NCBI RefSeq assembly: GCF_003334255.1
Contig: NZ_QOWU01000001.1
Direction: 5' to 3' (one strand)
Length of the DNA stretch: 64,000 nt
Origin: Escherichia coli
Lineage (GTDB): Bacteria; Pseudomonadota; Gammaproteobacteria; Enterobacterales; Enterobacteriaceae
Both the position numbers and the translations under genes were made by a program. Positions 59,594-64,000 of this stretch are shown here, piece by piece; position 1 is the first letter of the stretch, and each line of letters opens with the position of its first letter. The notes under the pieces were generated by a model, which saw only the letters and a list, made by a program, of their open reading frames with translations, did not search any database and had not been told where the DNA came from.

Positions 59594-61096
59594 ATGACGA
59601 TTTTTGATAATTATGAAGTGTGGTTTGTCATTGGCAGCCAGCATCTGTATGGCCCGGAAACCCTGCGTCAGGTCACCCAACATGCCGAGCACGTCGTTAA
59701 TGCGCTGAATACGGAAGCGAAACTGCCCTGCAAACTGGTGTTGAAACCGCTGGGCACCACGCCGGATGAAATCACCGCTATTTGCCGCGACGCGAATTAC
59801 GACGATCGTTGCGCTGGTCTGGTGGTGTGGCTGCACACCTTCTCCCCGGCCAAAATGTGGATCAACGGCCTGACCATGCTCAACAAACCGTTGCTGCAAT
59901 TCCACACCCAGTTCAACGCGGCGCTGCCGTGGGACAGTATCGATATGGACTTTATGAACCTGAACCAGACTGCACATGGCGGTCGCGAGTTCGGCTTCAT
60001 TGGCGCGCGTATGCGTCAGCAACATGCCGTGGTTACCGGTCACTGGCAGGATAAACAAGCCCATGAGCGTATCGGCTCCTGGATGCGTCAGGCGGTCTCT
60101 AAACAGGATACCCGTCATCTGAAAGTCTGCCGATTTGGCGATAACATGCGTGAAGTGGCGGTCACCGATGGCGATAAAGTTGCCGCACAGATCAAGTTCG
60201 GTTTCTCCGTCAATACCTGGGCGGTTGGCGATCTGGTGCAGGTGGTGAACTCCATCAGCGACGGCGATGTTAACGCGCTGGTCGATGAGTACGAAAGCTG
60301 CTACACCATGACGCCTGCCACACAAATCCACGGCAAAAAACGACAGAACGTGCTGGAAGCGGCGCGTATTGAGCTGGGGATGAAGCGTTTCCTGGAACAA
60401 GGTGGCTTCCACGCGTTCACCACCACCTTTGAAGATTTGCACGGTCTGAAACAGCTTCCTGGTCTGGCCGTACAGCGTCTGATGCAGCAGGGTTACGGCT
60501 TTGCGGGCGAAGGCGACTGGAAAACTGCCGCCCTGCTTCGCATCATGAAGGTGATGTCAACCGGTCTGCAGGGCGGCACCTCCTTTATGGAGGACTACAC
60601 CTATCACTTCGAGAAAGGTAATGACCTGGTGCTCGGCTCCCATATGCTGGAAGTCTGCCCGTCGATCGCCGCAGAAGAGAAACCGATCCTCGACGTTCAG
60701 CATCTCGGTATTGGTGGTAAGGACGATCCTGCCCGCCTGATCTTCAATACCCAAACCGGCCCAGCGATTGTCGCCAGCTTGATTGATCTCGGCGATCGTT
60801 ACCGTCTACTGGTTAACTGCATCGACACGGTGAAAACACCGCACTCCCTGCCGAAACTGCCGGTGGCGAATGCGCTGTGGAAAGCGCAACCGGATCTGCC
60901 AACTGCTTCCGAAGCGTGGATCCTCGCTGGTGGCGCGCACCATACCGTCTTCAGCCATGCACTGAACCTCAACGATATGCGCCAATTCGCCGAGATGCAC
61001 GACATTGAAATCACGGTGATTGATAACGACACACGCCTGCCAGCGTTTAAAGACGCGCTGCGCTGGAACGAAGTGTATTACGGGTTTCGTCGCTAA
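59594..61096 (+). CDS. araA: L-arabinose isomerase (500 aa)
   Basis: ORF 59570..61096 trimmed to the ATG at 59594 ([39 protein letters not shown]). Confidence 0.96.
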   Translation: MTIFDNYEVWFVIGSQHLYGPETLRQVTQHAEHVVNALNTEAKLPCKLVLKPLGTTPDEITAICRDANYDDRCAGLVVWLHTFSPAKMWINGLTMLNKPLLQFHTQFNAALPWDSIDMDFMNLNQTAHGGREFGFIGARMRQQHAVVTGHWQDKQAHERIGSWMRQAVSKQDTRHLKVCRFGDNMREVAVTDGDKVAAQIKFGFSVNTWAVGDLVQVVNSISDGDVNALVDEYESCYTMTPATQIHGKKRQNVLEAARIELGMKRFLEQGGFHAFTTTFEDLHGLKQLPGLAVQRLMQQGYGFAGEGDWKTAALLRIMKVMSTGLQGGTSFMEDYTYHFEKGNDLVLGSHMLEVCPSIAAEEKPILDVQHLGIGGKDDPARLIFNTQTGPAIVASLIDLGDRYRLLVNCIDTVKTPHSLPKLPVANALWKAQPDLPTASEAWILAGGAHHTVFSHALNLNDMRQFAEMHDIEITVIDNDTRLPAFKDALRWNEVYYGFRR

Positions 61097-61100
61097 GTAG

Positions 61101-61282
61101 CCGCATCCGGTATGTAACGCCTGATGCGACGCTGACGCGTCTTATCTGGCCTACACGCTGCGATTTTGTAGGCCGGATAAGCAAAGCGCATCCGGCATTC
61201 AACGCCTGATGCGACGCTGGCGCGTCTTATCAGGCCTACACGCTGCGATTTTGTAGGCCGGATAAGCAAAGCGCATCCGGCA
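61101..61282. repeat. tandem REP/BIME array in the araA-araD spacer: two complete 85-bp units plus a 12-bp partial
   Basis: Unit 1 61101..61185 and unit 2 61186..61270 are near-identical (GCGCATCCGG..AACGCCTGATGCGACGCTG.CGCGTCTTATC.GGCCTACACGCTGCGATTTTGTAGGCCGGATAAGCAAA); 61271..61282 restarts the unit. Confidence 0.9.
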
Positions 61283-61295
61283 CGAAGGAGTCAAC

Positions 61296-61991
61296 ATGTT
61301 AGAAGATCTCAAACGCCAGGTATTAGAAGCCAACCTGGCGCTGCCAAAACACAACCTGGTCACGCTCACATGGGGCAACGTCAGCGCCGTTGATCGCGAG
61401 CGCGGCGTCTTTGTGATCAAACCTTCCGGCGTCGATTACAGCGTCATGACCGCTGACGATATGGTCGTGGTTAGCATCGAAACCGGTGAAGTGGTTGAAG
61501 GTACGAAAAAGCCCTCCTCCGACACGCCAACTCACCGGCTGCTCTATCAGGCATTCCCCTCCATTGGCGGCATTGTGCATACGCACTCGCGCCACGCCAC
61601 CATCTGGGCGCAGGCGGGTCAGTCGATTCCAGCAACCGGCACCACCCACGCCGACTATTTCTACGGCACCATTCCCTGCACCCGCAAAATGACCGACGCA
61701 GAAATCAACGGCGAATATGAGTGGGAAACCGGTAACGTCATCGTAGAAACCTTTGAAAAACAGGGTATCGATGCAGCGCAAATGCCCGGCGTTCTGGTCC
61801 ATTCCCACGGCCCGTTTGCATGGGGCAAAAATGCCGAAGATGCGGTGCATAACGCCATCGTGCTGGAAGAGGTCGCTTATATGGGGATATTCTGCCGTCA
61901 GTTAGCGCCGCAGTTACCGGATATGCAGCAAACGCTGCTGGATAAACACTATCTGCGTAAGCATGGCGCGAAGGCATATTACGGGCAGTAA
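61296..61991 (+). CDS. araD: L-ribulose-5-phosphate 4-epimerase (231 aa)
   Basis: ORF track; [49 protein letters not shown]. Confidence 0.96.
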   Translation: MLEDLKRQVLEANLALPKHNLVTLTWGNVSAVDRERGVFVIKPSGVDYSVMTADDMVVVSIETGEVVEGTKKPSSDTPTHRLLYQAFPSIGGIVHTHSRHATIWAQAGQSIPATGTTHADYFYGTIPCTRKMTDAEINGEYEWETGNVIVETFEKQGIDAAQMPGVLVHSHGPFAWGKNAEDAVHNAIVLEEVAYMGIFCRQLAPQLPDMQQTLLDKHYLRKHGAKAYYGQ

Positions 61992-61994
61992 TGA

Positions 61995-62010
61995 CTGTAT
62001 AAAACCACAG
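61995..62010 (+). promoter_or_regulatory. LexA (SOS) box CTGTATAAAACCACAG upstream of polB
   Basis: Perfect CTGT-N8-ACAG, 4 bp after the araD stop and ~55 bp before the polB GTG start; polB (dinA) is a known SOS gene. Confidence 0.8.
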
Positions 62011-62024
62011 CCAATCAAACGAAA

Positions 62025-62051
62025 CCAGGCTATACTCAAGCCTGGTTTTTT
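62025..62051 (+). terminator. araBAD rho-independent terminator
   Basis: CCAGGCT atactca AGCCTGG followed by TTTTTT. Confidence 0.85.
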
Positions 62052-62065
62052 GATGGATTTTCAGC

Positions 62066-64000
62066 GTGGCGCAGGCAGGTTTTATCTTAACCCGACACTG
62101 GCGGGACACCCCGCAAGGGACAGAAGTCTCCTTCTGGCTGGCGACGGACAACGGGCCGTTGCAGGTTACGCTTGCACCGCAAGAGTCCGTGGCGTTTATT
62201 CCCGCCGATCAGGTTCCCCGCGCTCAGCATATTTTGCAGGGTGAACAAGGCTTTCGCCTGACACCGCTGGCGTTAAAGGATTTTCACCGCCAGCCGGTGT
62301 ATGGCCTTTACTGTCGCGCCCATCGCCAATTGATGAATTACGAAAAGCGCCTGCGTGAAGGTGGCGTTACCGTCTACGAGGCCGATGTGCGTCCGCCAGA
62401 ACGCTATCTGATGGAGCGGTTTATCACCTCACCGGTGTGGGTCGAGGGTGATATGCACAATGGCACTATCGTTAATGCCCGTCTGAAACCGCATCCCGAC
62501 TATCGTCCGCCGCTCAAGTGGGTTTCTATAGATATTGAAACCACCCGCCACGGTGAGCTGTACTGCATCGGCCTGGAAGGCTGCGGGCAGCGCATCGTTT
62601 ATATGCTGGGGCCGGAGAATGGCGACGCCTCCTCGCTTGATTTCGAACTGGAATACGTCGCCAGCCGCCCGCAGTTGCTGGAAAAACTCAACGCCTGGTT
62701 TGCCAACTACGATCCTGATGTGATCATCGGTTGGAACGTGGTGCAGTTCGATCTGCGAATGCTGCAAAAACATGCCGAGCGTTACCGTCTTCCGCTGCGT
62801 CTTGGGCGCGATAATAGCGAGCTGGAGTGGCGCGAGCACGGCTTTAAAAACGGCGTCTTTTTTGCCCAGGCTAAAGGTCGGCTAATTATCGACGGTATCG
62901 AGGCGCTGAAATCCGCGTTCTGGAATTTCTCTTCATTCTCGCTGGAAACTGTCGCTCAGGAGCTATTAGGCGAAGGAAAATCTATCGATAACCCGTGGGA
63001 TCGAATGGACGAAATTGACCGCCGTTTCGCCGAAGATAAACCTGCGCTGGCAACTTATAACCTGAAAGATTGCGAGCTGGTGACGCAGATCTTCCACAAA
63101 ACTGAAATCATGCCATTTTTACTCGAACGGGCAACGGTGAACGGCCTGCCGGTGGACCGACACGGCGGTTCGGTGGCGGCATTTGGTCATCTCTATTTTC
63201 CGCGAATGCATCGCGCTGGTTATGTCGCGCCTAATCTCGGCGAAGTGCCGCCGCACGCCAGCCCTGGCGGCTACGTGATGGATTCACGGCCAGGGCTTTA
63301 TGATTCAGTGCTGGTGCTGGACTATAAAAGCCTGTACCCGTCGATCATCCGCACCTTTCTGATTGATCCCGTCGGGCTGGTTGAAGGCATGGCGCAGCCT
63401 GATCCAGAGCACAGTACCGAAGGTTTTCTCGATGCCTGGTTCTCACGGGAGAAACATTGCCTGCCGGAGATTGTGACTAACATCTGGCACGGGCGCGATG
63501 AAGCCAAACGTCAGGGTAATAAACCACTTTCGCAGGCGCTGAAGATCATTATGAATGCCTTTTATGGCGTGCTTGGCACCACCGCCTGCCGCTTTTTCGA
63601 TCCGCGCCTGGCATCGTCGATCACCATGCGTGGTCATCAGATCATGCGGCAAACCAAAGCATTGATTGAAGCGCAGGGCTACGACGTTATCTACGGAGAT
63701 ACCGACTCGACTTTTGTCTGGCTAAAAGGTGCACATTCGGAAGAAGAGGCGGCGAAAATCGGTCGTGCACTGGTGCAGCACGTTAACGCCTGGTGGGCGG
63801 AAACGCTGCAAAAACAACGGCTGACCAGCGCATTAGAACTGGAGTATGAAACTCATTTCTGCCGTTTTCTTATGCCAACCATTCGCGGAGCTGATACCGG
63901 CAGTAAAAAGCGCTACGCCGGGCTGATTCAGGAGGGCGACAAGCAGCGGATGGTGTTTAAAGGGCTGGAAACCGTGCGCACCGACTGGACGCCGCTGGCC
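62066..64000 (+). CDS. polB: DNA polymerase II, 5' ~645 codons; gene runs off the window end; GTG start
   Basis: Frame opens after the TGA at 62051..62053; the GTG at 62066 gives [41 protein letters not shown] and stays open to 64000; B-family polymerase motifs (YGDTDS) follow; not in the ORF track because no stop lies inside the window. Confidence 0.9.
   Translation, partial: MAQAGFILTRHWRDTPQGTEVSFWLATDNGPLQVTLAPQESVAFIPADQVPRAQHILQGEQGFRLTPLALKDFHRQPVYGLYCRAHRQLMNYEKRLREGGVTVYEADVRPPERYLMERFITSPVWVEGDMHNGTIVNARLKPHPDYRPPLKWVSIDIETTRHGELYCIGLEGCGQRIVYMLGPENGDASSLDFELEYVASRPQLLEKLNAWFANYDPDVIIGWNVVQFDLRMLQKHAERYRLPLRLGRDNSELEWREHGFKNGVFFAQAKGRLIIDGIEALKSAFWNFSSFSLETVAQELLGEGKSIDNPWDRMDEIDRRFAEDKPALATYNLKDCELVTQIFHKTEIMPFLLERATVNGLPVDRHGGSVAAFGHLYFPRMHRAGYVAPNLGEVPPHASPGGYVMDSRPGLYDSVLVLDYKSLYPSIIRTFLIDPVGLVEGMAQPDPEHSTEGFLDAWFSREKHCLPEIVTNIWHGRDEAKRQGNKPLSQALKIIMNAFYGVLGTTACRFFDPRLASSITMRGHQIMRQTKALIEAQGYDVIYGDTDSTFVWLKGAHSEEEAAKIGRALVQHVNAWWAETLQKQRLTSALELEYETHFCRFLMPTIRGADTGSKKRYAGLIQEGDKQRMVFKGLETVRTDWTPLA

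Noticed and set aside
61963-62244. 93-aa plus-strand ORF over the araD end and polB start
   Set aside because: Out of frame with both; the polB frame from the GTG at 62066 is the one that stays open and encodes the recognised PolB N-terminus

Overview
This window is the reverse complement of a well-known, conserved Escherichia coli (K-12-like) chromosomal core segment. It runs from the first six codons of lpd through aceF-aceE-pdhR, aroP, ampE-ampD, nadC, ppdD-hofB-hofC, guaC, coaE-zapD-yacG, mutT, secA-secM, lpxC, the complete dcw division/cell-wall cluster (ftsZ back to mraZ), cra, ilvIH, leuO, leuLABCD, setA, sgrS/sgrT, sgrR, thiBPQ, yabI, araC and araBAD, ending in the 5' part of polB. 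Genes were identified by reading the ORF-track translations and recognising them from memory; no database search was possible. I find no support for a novel or acquired system: there is no integrase, transposase, phage gene, CRISPR array or compositionally foreign island, and gene order and spacing are collinear with what I recall of the reference. The two real departures are a +1 frameshift that splits the thiamine ABC permease gene thiP into two overlapping ORFs, and an araA-araD spacer carrying two rather than (as I recall) three 85-bp REP/BIME units. Known regulatory elements readable directly in the DNA include the SecM arrest motif, the leu attenuator, the MraZ operator repeats, the PdhR box, araI, a LexA box ahead of polB, the thiB TPP riboswitch and the SgrS terminator.
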